Source of the DNA: Verrucomicrobiota bacterium
Lineage (GTDB): Bacteria > Verrucomicrobiota > Verrucomicrobiia > Limisphaerales > CANJSG01
Reading direction: 5' to 3'
DNA length: 64,000 nt
NCBI GenBank assembly: GCA_043744715.1
Contig: JAYTUE010000088.1
Location: 4,462-68,461 of the forward strand
Part shown: in pieces, positions 17,356 to 29,552 of the stretch
Numbering within the stretch: position 1 is the stretch's first letter
How the letters are laid out: every line of letters begins with the position of its first letter
Program-made: the position numbers and the translations under genes
The notes under the pieces: generated by a model
Seen by the model: only the letters and a program-made list of their open reading frames with translations
The model's database searches: none
Told to the model about the DNA's origin: nothing

Positions 17356-18627
17356 TTACTTGATGCCAAGGTGGGCGGCTGTGATGGAGCCCTTGGCCGG
17401 AGGGACGTAGATCCCGAGGCACTCCGCCATGCGCGGATCCCTCTGCGGATAGGGCGGATTGGCCTTGTAGAGTTTCAGCCAGGCCATCGTGGTGATGCCG
17501 CCGATGAAGGCCATGCAGGCCAGGTCCGCGTAGTGCAGGACAAAACCTTCCTTGTGAAGGACGGGCATAATGTTGAACTGCATGTCCATGTAATGGACCA
17601 CCCAAGCGAGGGCGACCACCGGACCCATGATGGCGATGCTCCTCTTGGCGTCCTGGCGCAGCATGATGAGAAAGGGCACGAAGAAATGGCCGAAGATCAT
17701 CAACATGCCGACGCCATACCAGGAACCAGCCTCACGGCGGATGAACCAGAAGGTCTCTTCCGGCATGTTGGCGTTCCAGATGAGGAAGTATTGGGAGAAG
17801 GTGATGTAGGCGTAGAAGACGGTGAACGCGAAGAACATCGTGCCGATGTCATGGAACGTCTTCTTAGTGACCACTGCGCGAAGAGGCCCAGTGCGCTGCA
17901 GCAGCATTGTGATGATATAGAGCGTGCCGTAGGTCAGCCAGACGCTGCCGGCGAAGTAGAAGACGCCATACATGGTGCTGAAGAACTGGTGCATCAGCGA
18001 CTTCATCAGCATGAAGCAGAGGAACGTTCCCGAGAAGGCGAAGGCGAAGATGCCCCAACCGGCATGGACCCGGTTGCTGAAGGTCCACTTGGCGGCTCCG
18101 TCCTTGTCCTGGCCGGTCGTGTTGGACCGGAACTTCCAGGCAAGGAAGGTCCAGACCGCGAAGCAGGCGGTGATCATGATGACCCATCCCGCCCTGGTGA
18201 ACAAAGGCTGCTTGGCCTCAAGGGCGTGGTCGGTGTGGACATCGGCGAAGAGCCAGGGATAGAGCTGGATCTTGTCGCTCAGGGCGAAGCCGACGATGGG
18301 AAGCCAGAGGAGGAACATCACCGGGGCCAGCATCGCGATGTTTTCGATGATGCGCCGCAGCGGAACCGTCCAATAGGCGTCGAAGAGGTGATGGATCAGG
18401 ACCAAGAACAAGCCCCCGAACACGAGGCTCAGGAAGAACATGTAGGCGGTGAGGTAGGAGTAGGCGAGCTGCTTGCCGTGGTCCGCGACATCGGTGCCCG
18501 GCACCTTCGTCGCGAAAAACGCGACCACGCCGAGGATGAGGCCGACGACGGTCAGGATGAGCGGCAGCTTGCCCCAGATCGGAGCGAGCTTCAGCGTTGC
18601 GACTTCTTCTTTGGCGTGGGAGGCCAT
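17356..18627 (-). CDS. actF: Alternative complex III subunit ActF (NrfD/PsrC-like integral membrane subunit)
   Basis: Polytopic membrane protein with a composition similar to ActC. Its position after actE matches the canonical actABCDEF order. Confidence 0.75.
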   Translation of the reverse strand: MASHAKEEVATLKLAPIWGKLPLILTVVGLILGVVAFFATKVPGTDVADHGKQLAYSYLTAYMFFLSLVFGGLFLVLIHHLFDAYWTVPLRRIIENIAMLAPVMFLLWLPIVGFALSDKIQLYPWLFADVHTDHALEAKQPLFTRAGWVIMITACFAVWTFLAWKFRSNTTGQDKDGAAKWTFSNRVHAGWGIFAFAFSGTFLCFMLMKSLMHQFFSTMYGVFYFAGSVWLTYGTLYIITMLLQRTGPLRAVVTKKTFHDIGTMFFAFTVFYAYITFSQYFLIWNANMPEETFWFIRREAGSWYGVGMLMIFGHFFVPFLIMLRQDAKRSIAIMGPVVALAWVVHYMDMQFNIMPVLHKEGFVLHYADLACMAFIGGITTMAWLKLYKANPPYPQRDPRMAECLGIYVPPAKGSITAAHLGIK

Positions 18628-18640
18628 AGTTCTCGAAATA

Positions 18641-19285
18641 TTACTTCTTCAGGGTGGCCATGATGTCCGCCGGGACTTCGTCCTTCGTGGCCAGACGGGC
18701 GCGTTGTAGGGCGCGGACGTAGACGATGACGGCCCAGCGGTCGGCGGGTTCCAGCTTGTCGGCATAACCCATCATCGTGTTCTTGCCGACGCTGATCGTG
18801 TGGAATATCTCGCCGTCCGCCATCCTCACGATGCGGGGGTCATGGAGACTGGCCGTGGCGGTCATGCCATACTTCGAGGTCACGCCCTTGCCATCGCCGA
18901 CCGAGCTGTGGCAGGGGGAGCAGTAGATGTTGTAGCGCTGCTGGCCCCGTTCCATGAACTGGGCTGTGACCGGAGCGGGAATGAGCTCAACGAAGTTCGT
19001 CTTACCGGAGATTTTGCCGGTGTTGAAGGGGTGGGACTGGTGGCCGAATACCTTCTCGGCACCCACCTGCACTGCGGACGCGTGAGCCACCGTGCCTTCA
19101 ACGGGCAGGCGGGACGAGAGCCCGTCGGGAAAGAAGTTGTTCGGAGCCTGGGGACGCAGCTTGGGCTGGCGATCCATGTCGGGGAACAGCTCGATCGGCG
19201 TGTTCCTGGTGAAGCTGCCGCGGAAGCCGGCCACGGCCACGACTCCGACCACGAGAACGAAAAATCCAACAAGGAAGTAGCGCAT
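18641..19285 (-). CDS. actE: Alternative complex III subunit ActE (monoheme cytochrome c)
   Basis: N-terminal TM/signal sequence and a single CSPCH motif. 1-nt overlap (TAATG) with actD. Confidence 0.8.
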   Translation of the reverse strand: MRYFLVGFFVLVVGVVAVAGFRGSFTRNTPIELFPDMDRQPKLRPQAPNNFFPDGLSSRLPVEGTVAHASAVQVGAEKVFGHQSHPFNTGKISGKTNFVELIPAPVTAQFMERGQQRYNIYCSPCHSSVGDGKGVTSKYGMTATASLHDPRIVRMADGEIFHTISVGKNTMMGYADKLEPADRWAVIVYVRALQRARLATKDEVPADIMATLKK

Positions 19286-19866
19286 TATTCCTCCACCTGC
19301 TCGATGTGCTTGCCGCCTGTGGATTCGAGCAGCTTGCGGGTTTCAGTCTCGGAATAACGCGGATCGGTCACTTCGACCGCGATGAAGAACTTGTCGTTCT
19401 GGGCGCCCGCGTGGAACCTCTTATTTTTGAAGAGCGGGTTATACCAGCGGGGCAGCTTGTTGAGGACCGCCATGCCGAAGAGCGTTCCGAACGCCGAGAG
19501 CAGGATCGTCAACTCGTAGCTCACCGGGAAAGCGTAGAGCGGGCTGAAGAGCGGTTTGCCGCCCACCACGATCGGATAGTCATACTGGCTCATCCACCAG
19601 ATCATGCCCATGCCGATGGTGAAACCGGCGCAGCCGCCAATGAAGCTGAAGTATCCAACCTTGGATTCGCCCAGGCCCATCGCGTCGTCCATGCCGTGGA
19701 TCGGGAACGGGGAATACACGTCCCAATACTTGTAGCCGGCGTCGCGCACCACTTCGGCGGCGTGCATCAGGTCGGCCGGAGTGTCGTATTCGGCGAGGAT
19801 GGAGTGGGGACGGTTGAAGGTGCCGACCTGGCCCGTCGCCCCCGTGGATTGAGTCGCGTTACTCAT
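19285..19866 (-). CDS. actD: Alternative complex III subunit ActD (DUF3341-type)
   Basis: Start trimmed to MSNATQSTG at 19866, forming a TGATG junction with the actC stop. A soluble N-domain (ILAEYDTPADLMHAAEVVRDAGY) is followed by two TM helices. The 5' part of the 372-aa ORF in the track overlaps actC in another frame. Confidence 0.75.
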   Translation of the reverse strand: MSNATQSTGATGQVGTFNRPHSILAEYDTPADLMHAAEVVRDAGYKYWDVYSPFPIHGMDDAMGLGESKVGYFSFIGGCAGFTIGMGMIWWMSQYDYPIVVGGKPLFSPLYAFPVSYELTILLSAFGTLFGMAVLNKLPRWYNPLFKNKRFHAGAQNDKFFIAVEVTDPRYSETETRKLLESTGGKHIEQVEE

Positions 19867-21346
19867 CAGTGATGCCCTCCCTTGGCTCCGCCGAGCGGAT
19901 GGTGCGGATCGGCCTGCGGCGTCACGCCCTTGACTTCGGAGATGGCGATGACCGGCAGGAACTTCATGAACAGCAGGAACAGCGTCAGGAACAAGCCGAA
20001 CGATCCGGTGAACGTCATGATGTCCACCCAGGTCGGACTGAACATGCCCCAGTTCGACGGGAGGAAATCGCGGTGCAACGAGGTCACGATGATGTTGAAG
20101 CGCTCGAACCACATGCCGACGTTGACGAAGCCGGCGATGATCCAGACGAAGACCAGGTTGGTCCTGAGCTTCTTGGACCAGAAGAAGTGCGGGCTGATGA
20201 CGTTGCAGATCATCATGCTCCAGTAGGCCCACCAGTAGGGCGCGGGATCGACCCCGAACATCGGCCCGAAGATCCACGGATCCGCAGCGCGGTTCTTGAT
20301 GAACACGTCCAGCTCGTAGGGATTGCCTCCATACCATGCGACGAAGAACTCCATGATGTAGGCGTAGCCGACGATCGAGCCCGTCGCGAGGAGCACCTTG
20401 CACATCAGTTCGACGTGCCGAACGGTGATGAGGTCCTCAAGTTTGCAGAGCGTCCGCAGGGGGATCATGAGGGTCAGAACCATGCCGAAACCGGAGAAGA
20501 TCGCGCCGGCCACGAAGTAGGGCGGGAAGATCGTCGCGTGCCATCCCGGGAGCTGGGAAACGGCGAAGTCGAAGGAAACGATCGAGTGGACGGAGAGAAC
20601 CAACGGCGTGCTCAATCCGGCCAGGATCAGATAGGCCTTCTCGTAGTTGCTCCAGTTCCGGTTGGAACCGCTCCAGCCGAGGGCGAAGAGGCCGTAGAAG
20701 AACTTGCGGAGCTTGGTCTTGGCGCGATCACGCATCGTCGCGAGATCGGGAACCAGTCCGGTATACCAGAAGAGCGTCGAAACCGTCGCATAGGTCGAAA
20801 CGGCGAACACGTCCCAGAGCAGCGGTGAACGGAACTGGGGCCAGATGCCGTTCGAATTGGGGAACGGGATCAGATAGCCGGGCAGCGTGGCGAACCAGAC
20901 GCGGCCGGTATGGATGACCGGGAAGATGCCGGCGCAGACGACGGCGAAGATGGTCATCGCTTCGGCGGCACGGTTGATCGAGGTCCGCCATTTCTGCCGG
21001 AGCAGGAAGAGCACGGCCGAGATCAGCGTTCCGGCGTGGCCGATGCCGATCCAGAAGACGAAGTTCGTGATGTCCCAGGCCCAGGCGTTGGGCTGGTTCA
21101 GGCCCCAGACACCGACACCGGTCGAGATCAGGTAGGTCACCATCGTGAACAGCATCAATGTTCCGAGAGCGCTGATGAGGAAAGCCGGCCACCACCACTT
21201 GGGCGTCTTGCCCTCGGCCACACTTGCGACCTGGTCGGTGATCCACGCCAAAGAGCGGTTGTGATGGACCAACGGCTCGCGCACGAGTTCGGGCGGCGGA
21301 CCCTGAACCTTTGGAAGTCCGGATGAAACTGCGACGTCCGAGGCCA

Positions 21347-21347
<1 letters not shown>
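19866..21347 (-). CDS. actC: Alternative complex III subunit ActC (NrfD/PsrC-like quinol-interacting membrane subunit)
   Basis: 493-aa polytopic NrfD-family-like protein immediately after the Fe-S subunit. Confidence 0.8.
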
Positions 21348-24777
<3,430 letters not shown>

Positions 24778-24790
<13 letters not shown>

Positions 24791-25428
24791 GCGGAGCAGT
24801 TCTGGGACGCGTTCACCTTCCAGTCGTGGGCCAGCTTCAGGCCGCTCTTCAACTGCTTCTCGGAGTCGACCTTCAGGTCGAGGTTGTAGACGTCCTTGGG
24901 ATCACGCAGCGCCTGCTCGGGGTTCCGGTGGCAGTCCAGGCAGAAGGACATGCTGAGAGACTTGGCATGGTAGACCTCGTCCATGTGGTTGATCTGGCCA
25001 TGGCACTCGACACACGAGATGCCGCGGCTCACATGGACGGAATGGTTGAAATAGACGTAGTCGGGGACCTTGTGGATCTGCACCCACTCGATCGGCTTGC
25101 TCGTGGTGTAGCTCTGGCGGACTAGCTCCAGCTTGGGCGACTCCTTCAGCACGATGCTGTGGCAGTTCATGCAGGTGTTCGCCGCCGGGACATTCGAGAA
25201 CCACGACTTGTCCACGTTGTTGTGGCAGTAGCGGCAGTCGATCTGGAGCTGGTTGGCGTGAATGTCGTGCGAGAACGCCACCGGCTGCGTGGGCTTATAG
25301 CCGACGCGCGTATACTTCGGGGTGAAGTAATACCCGACGGCGCCCAGCGCGAATGTGCCAAGAAGGGCGGCACCAATGCCGACCTTCAAGGGCAGCGAAT
25401 TGGTCCATTTCGGAAAAAAGTCTGACAT
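24778..25428 (-). CDS. actA: Alternative complex III subunit ActA (pentaheme cytochrome c, NrfH/c3-like)
   Basis: N-terminal TM plus five CxxCH motifs (CRYCH, CMNCH, CVECH, CLDCH, CSACH). Confidence 0.88.
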
Positions 25429-25606
25429 TTCAGTGCTCCGGATGGCTCAAAAACGCGATGCCTTTCAGCCTGAACTGCGCTGGGATCACAGCCTCGAAAG
25501 TTCGGCGAGGCCCGGTTTTGAACGTGTCCGTCAGCAGGTGAGACAAATCACATCTCACCCGCCGCCCGCGTTTCTAAGCCGCCACTTTTTTGAAGCAAGA
25601 ATAGTT

Positions 25607-25622
25607 TGTGAAATTTTTCACT
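25607..25622. promoter_or_regulatory. CRP/FNR-family-like site TGTGA-aatttt-TCACT upstream of actA
   Basis: 9 of 10 matches to the TGTGA-N6-TCACA consensus. It lies about 180 nt upstream of the actA start, in an AT-rich patch of the 630-nt intergenic region. Confidence 0.35.
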
Positions 25623-25928
25623 AATTCAGCTTCGTAACCCTGCCCATTAGCTGGCGGCGCGCATTTTGCCCCTGAGAATCAGTGTTTCTTGCCTTGGCGA
25701 TGGTGAGGGCGGAGATCCCGCTCAGAGGAACTGCATCGACCCGACCAAGCGCACCAACGAACCCACCACCAGCCCAATCCATCCACCCAGAAGCATCAAC
25801 CGAAGTGGTTCAGGAAGCGAAAACCGGCAATAGGAAGGCTCGTTCATCGCGGAAAAGCTGGATCAACACGTCCGTCAGGACTCCCCGGAAATTGACCCGC
25901 CTCGGACGGGAGTTGCACTGAATCGATC

Positions 25929-25959
25929 AGAATCAGTTTTCTTTCCGGCAAGAATCAGT
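25929..25959. promoter_or_regulatory. Two AGAATCAGT 9-mers 22 nt apart (a third copy at 25675..25683); candidate operator between actA and usp
   Basis: Exact 9-mers at 25675, 25929 and 25951. The copies at 25675 and 25929 extend to a similar ~18-mer (GAATCAGTgTTTCTTgCC versus GAATCAGTtTTCTTTCC). Confidence 0.3.
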
Positions 25960-26061
25960 CACTCATCGTCAATCCCAGTGTAGCTGAAATCCATTCCCGG
26001 GAGCGAAATGCCCCCGGATGCAGGCCCTGTGGCTTGCGCCAGTGCAGAAAGGTCCATCGCC

Positions 26062-26616
26062 ATGAAAGTCAAACCATCGAACAAGTCAGGCAAAGTCATC
26101 ATGGAAGTCGGCTGCAAGGATACGCCCATCCTCGCCGCCAGCTCCGTCGCCACGTCGCCCATCGCACTGAAGAGCATCCTGGTCCCGGTGGATTTCTCGG
26201 AATGTTCCGAGAAGGCCCTCCTTTACGCGCGGGGTTTCGCGAAACAGTTCGGAGCCCGCATCGTCCTGCTCCACGTCGTCGAGCTGTCGTATTCCTACGC
26301 GGACATGGCCATCTTCGACTATGCGAGCCTGGAGAAGGATCTCCGACGGGGTGCCGAGATCCGGCTCCAAAACCTCGCCAAGGGAGTCGAAAAGGCCGGC
26401 ACCAAGGTCACCGTCGAGATCCGCCTTGGCCGGCCGGCGCGGGAAGTGGCCAAGATCGCCAAGGAGCTTGGCACCGATCTGATCGTCATCTCCACACACG
26501 GCTACACGGGCTTGAAGCACGCGCTGCTCGGCAGCAATGCGGAAACGATCGTGCGACATGCCCCCTGCCCCGTCCTCGTCGTGCGTCCGCAGGAACACGA
26601 GTTCTTGAAAGCGTAA
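26062..26616 (+). CDS. Universal stress protein (UspA family)
   Basis: ILVPVDFSECSEKAL...ARIVLLHVVE...DLIVISTHGYTGLKHALLGSNAETIVRHAPCPVLVV is the canonical Usp fold signature. The start was chosen at ATG 26062. Confidence 0.85.
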   Translation: MKVKPSNKSGKVIMEVGCKDTPILAASSVATSPIALKSILVPVDFSECSEKALLYARGFAKQFGARIVLLHVVELSYSYADMAIFDYASLEKDLRRGAEIRLQNLAKGVEKAGTKVTVEIRLGRPAREVAKIAKELGTDLIVISTHGYTGLKHALLGSNAETIVRHAPCPVLVVRPQEHEFLKA

Positions 26617-26620
26617 GGCC

Positions 26621-26980
26621 ATGGACGACGGCGGAAGGAGGCTTTCGGAAGGAGGCGCCCAAGGGAAATGCGGCACGACCGCCTACGGTTGCCCGCGCGA
26701 CTTCCTCGACAATCGCTTAGTCTACGTCGTCATCTCGCCGCGGACTCGGGGACTGTCCATCGGGGCCAGTCTCAACCCGGACCGCCAATGCAACTTCGAC
26801 TGCGTCTACTGCGAAGTGAACGACCTGAACGACTCCGGCGCGCAGATTCCCCTCGGCCAGATCAACTCGGCCACGCGCCAGGCCATGAACCCGGCCTGCG
26901 GCCATCTGCCCCTTCAAGCCCTGTCCGCGATCGCGCGGACGGTCCGCCATGTTTCAGGACTGAGGGCGGAAGTCTTCTGA
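26621..26980 (+). pseudogene. Truncated N-terminal remnant of a radical SAM enzyme
   Basis: Contains the CxxxCxxC cluster motif (CNFDCVYCE) about 55 residues in, but the ORF stops at 119 aa. No downstream frame continues a TIM-barrel-like sequence. Confidence 0.5.
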
Positions 26981-26984
26981 GGAT

Positions 26985-27350
26985 TTGAAATCCGCGCGTG
27001 TCCGTAACGATCCACCAGCCATGCCCTCACTCTTTCACAGCGAAGTCCTCGGAGAAATCGGGTTTGAAGGATCCGACCACCTTGTGACCGCCACGGTTGA
27101 AGGCCGTTTTGATCCGGACCATAACCGTGTCACAGTTCAATGGGATGCATTCCTCCGACCAACCGACATCAGCCAGAAAGACCTGCCATCGCGCCCGACG
27201 TGGCTGCCCGTGGCCGATCACATCGGCGAGTCGATGGACCACGAGGAGGCCGGCCCGTTTATCGCAGAAGCATTCACAAAATGGGTGCGCCACGTCCGCG
27301 CCGCCGAGCAGTCGGCGGGGGACGCCGCCCTCATTAATCACCACCACTGA
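26985..27350 (+). CDS. Hypothetical protein (His-tailed, acidic)
   Basis: ORF with coding-like composition in a tight array between the radical-SAM remnant and the cNMP gene. No recognisable motif. An alternative start is the ATG at 27021 (MPSLFHSE). Confidence 0.4.
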   Translation: MKSARVRNDPPAMPSLFHSEVLGEIGFEGSDHLVTATVEGRFDPDHNRVTVQWDAFLRPTDISQKDLPSRPTWLPVADHIGESMDHEEAGPFIAEAFTKWVRHVRAAEQSAGDAALINHHH

Positions 27351-27362
27351 TCGGATTTCGCC

Positions 27363-27866
27363 ATGACCCAAGACACCCGCAAAGAAGTCCCGCCCCTCGA
27401 GAATCCCGCGCTCGAAGCGGCGATGGCAGGTCATCCGTTCCTCAAGGATCTGCCGCCGCCCATCTTAAAGAAGCTGGCGGACTCCGGCATGGTCATGCGC
27501 TTTCCGGCGGGCCAGCGGATCTTCATCGAAGGCGATCCCGCGAACCGCTTCTACCTCATCGTCACGGGAACCGTCGTCCTCTCCGCACCCGCGTCGGAAG
27601 GCCGCTCCGTCACGCTCCAAACGATCGGGGCGGGCGACGTCCTGGGATGGTCCTGGCTCATCCCTCCCTACTCCTGGCTCTTCGACGCCACCGCCGAAAC
27701 CGACGTGGAGGCCATCTTCTTCTACGGAACCCGTCTGCGGGAGGAGTGCGAGAGCGACCACGACCTCGGCTACGAGCTGATGAAACGCATGGGCACCATC
27801 GTCGTGCATCGGCTCCAATCCGTGCGGCACAAGCTCGTGGCGCTTGCCTCCGCCAAGGACCGCTGA
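27363..27866 (+). CDS. Stand-alone cyclic-nucleotide-binding domain protein (no HTH)
   Basis: FLKDLPPPILKKLADSGMVMRFPAGQRIFIEGDPANRFYLIVTGTVVL...GAGDVLGWSWL is a CAP-effector-type beta-roll. At 167 aa it ends right after the C-helix. Confidence 0.8.
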   Translation: MTQDTRKEVPPLENPALEAAMAGHPFLKDLPPPILKKLADSGMVMRFPAGQRIFIEGDPANRFYLIVTGTVVLSAPASEGRSVTLQTIGAGDVLGWSWLIPPYSWLFDATAETDVEAIFFYGTRLREECESDHDLGYELMKRMGTIVVHRLQSVRHKLVALASAKDR

Positions 27867-27913
27867 GCCGACGGTGAGGTGTTTGTCCGGCTAGGTTCCG
27901 TGGATTCAACCGT

Positions 27914-28588
27914 TCAGACGCCCAGGCCCTTTTTGGCCAGCAGATTCACGATCTTTACCGCGATGAAGCCCGCCCAGATCAGCATCATCGCGCCCGACAC
28001 CCGAATCGTCACGATGAGCGTCCGGTCGGTCAGGCGCTTGCGCAGCCGCCCTACCACATAGGCAAGGAGGGTGAACCAAACGCTCACCCCGATCGTCACG
28101 CCCGTGATGAACGCGGCCTTGCTCTCCAGCGTGGGCTTCACATAGCCGCGCGACATGAAGAAGACCGCGATGGCGATCCAGAACGGCAGGATGCCCAAGT
28201 TGCCCATCGTGCGCACGAATCCGATCATGAAGGCCGAATGCGGGTGCAGTTTTTCCTGCACCACCTCGACGCTGTGCGGTTCCTTCGGCACCCCCGGCGC
28301 GAGCAGGTATTTGAGGCCCAGAAAAAACATCAGGCAGAAGCTACCCAGTTCCATGATCGCCACGATCTTCGGACTGGTGAAGAAGGCGGCGAAGCTCGCG
28401 AAGGCCATCGCGCAGTAGATCATCTCCATCGACGTGGCGCCCAGGCCGATCATCAGCGCCCAGAAGAACCCGCGGCGCGCGCCTTCCTTGACGATGGATG
28501 CGTTGATCGGGCCGACCGGGATGCAGATGGCGAAGCCCACGGCGAGGCCGATGCCCCAGGTGGTCAGGAGTTGCTGGAAATGATCCAT
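27914..28588 (-). CDS. LysE/RhtB-family amino-acid exporter
   Basis: About 6 TM segments and the N-terminal PVGPINASIVKEG motif typical of LysE-type translocators. Confidence 0.75.
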   Translation of the reverse strand: MDHFQQLLTTWGIGLAVGFAICIPVGPINASIVKEGARRGFFWALMIGLGATSMEMIYCAMAFASFAAFFTSPKIVAIMELGSFCLMFFLGLKYLLAPGVPKEPHSVEVVQEKLHPHSAFMIGFVRTMGNLGILPFWIAIAVFFMSRGYVKPTLESKAAFITGVTIGVSVWFTLLAYVVGRLRKRLTDRTLIVTIRVSGAMMLIWAGFIAVKIVNLLAKKGLGV

Positions 28589-28594
28589 CGGGAA

Positions 28595-29494
28595 TTACGG
28601 GTTCCTGACGGACGGACCGGCCTCGTCCGAATCCTCCTCGTCCTCGTCCTCCTCCACGTCGTCGCGCAATTTGCGGGAGACGCGGGTCCGGATGAATCCC
28701 CAGAGCAGATACACCGTGAAGGTCGCAGGCAGGACGTAGAACAGGAGCTTCTCCCGGAAGATCACCAGGCTGCCGACGACGAGAGCGCCGAGCATCGTCT
28801 TGAGAAACGTGCTGCGCGAACGAAGCCCGAGCGACTTGAAGCTCGGATACTTCACCGTGCTCACCATCATCACCGAGAGCATCACTAGGACGGCCGCGAG
28901 CATGTAGTTCCAATTGCCCAGCGAACGTTCCTTTTCGTTCATCTGGATCACCAGAAGCGTCAGCGACGACACTAGGCCGGCCGCCGCCGGGATCGGGAAC
29001 CCGAGGAACTCCTTGCCGCCGCCCCCGCCCGCCATGGTCGCGAGGCAGTTGAACCGCGCCAGGCGGAACGCCCCGCAAAGCAGGTAGGCCGATGCGATCA
29101 ACCAGCCGATCTGGGTGTGGTCTGGGAAAAGGTCGGCCAGCACCACGCGATGCACGAGAAACGCCGGCGCCACGCCGAAGGAGACCACGTCCGCCAACGA
29201 GTCGAATTCGCGGCCGAAGGGGCTCTCCACCCCGATCATCCGCGCCACCCGCCCGTCGAAGAGATCGAAGATGCAGGCCAGGAGGATGAAGCCGAGCGCC
29301 AGCTTGATGGGCATCCAGTTCACCATGCCCGCCGCGTTCGGGATCAGGTCAGCCTCGACGATCTTCGTCAACGCCACGAAGCCGCAGAAGAGGTTGCCGG
29401 CCGTGAGCAGGTTCGGGAGAAAGTAGATCCTAAGCTTCGCCTCGGGGGCGTCGCCCGGACCATCGGGGCTTGGTTGGTTGGATGGGCCTCCCAT
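28595..29494 (-). CDS. pssA: CDP-diacylglycerol--serine O-phosphatidyltransferase (CDP-alcohol phosphatidyltransferase family)
   Basis: DGRVARMIGVESPFGREFDSLADVVSFG matches D-G-x2-A-R-x8-G-x3-D-x3-D. N-terminal NLLTAGNLFCGF. Acidic C-terminal tail. Confidence 0.85.
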   Translation of the reverse strand: MGGPSNQPSPDGPGDAPEAKLRIYFLPNLLTAGNLFCGFVALTKIVEADLIPNAAGMVNWMPIKLALGFILLACIFDLFDGRVARMIGVESPFGREFDSLADVVSFGVAPAFLVHRVVLADLFPDHTQIGWLIASAYLLCGAFRLARFNCLATMAGGGGGKEFLGFPIPAAAGLVSSLTLLVIQMNEKERSLGNWNYMLAAVLVMLSVMMVSTVKYPSFKSLGLRSRSTFLKTMLGALVVGSLVIFREKLLFYVLPATFTVYLLWGFIRTRVSRKLRDDVEEDEDEEDSDEAGPSVRNP

Positions 29495-29552
29495 GGGTGT
29501 TGATCGGTTTAGCGAGAGTCAGCCACACCTGCGGCCGGCGGGGCAAGAAGCG

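Noticed and set aside
16786-18663. 625-aa plus-strand ORF antisense to actF and the 119-aa gene
   Set aside because: Shadow ORF. The opposite strand encodes a coherent polytopic membrane protein in operon context.
19867-20403. 5' part of the 372-aa ORF containing actD
   Set aside because: It overlaps actC in a different frame with Arg-rich nonsense translation. The ATG at 19866 forms a TGATG junction with the actC stop and begins the recognisable ActD sequence.
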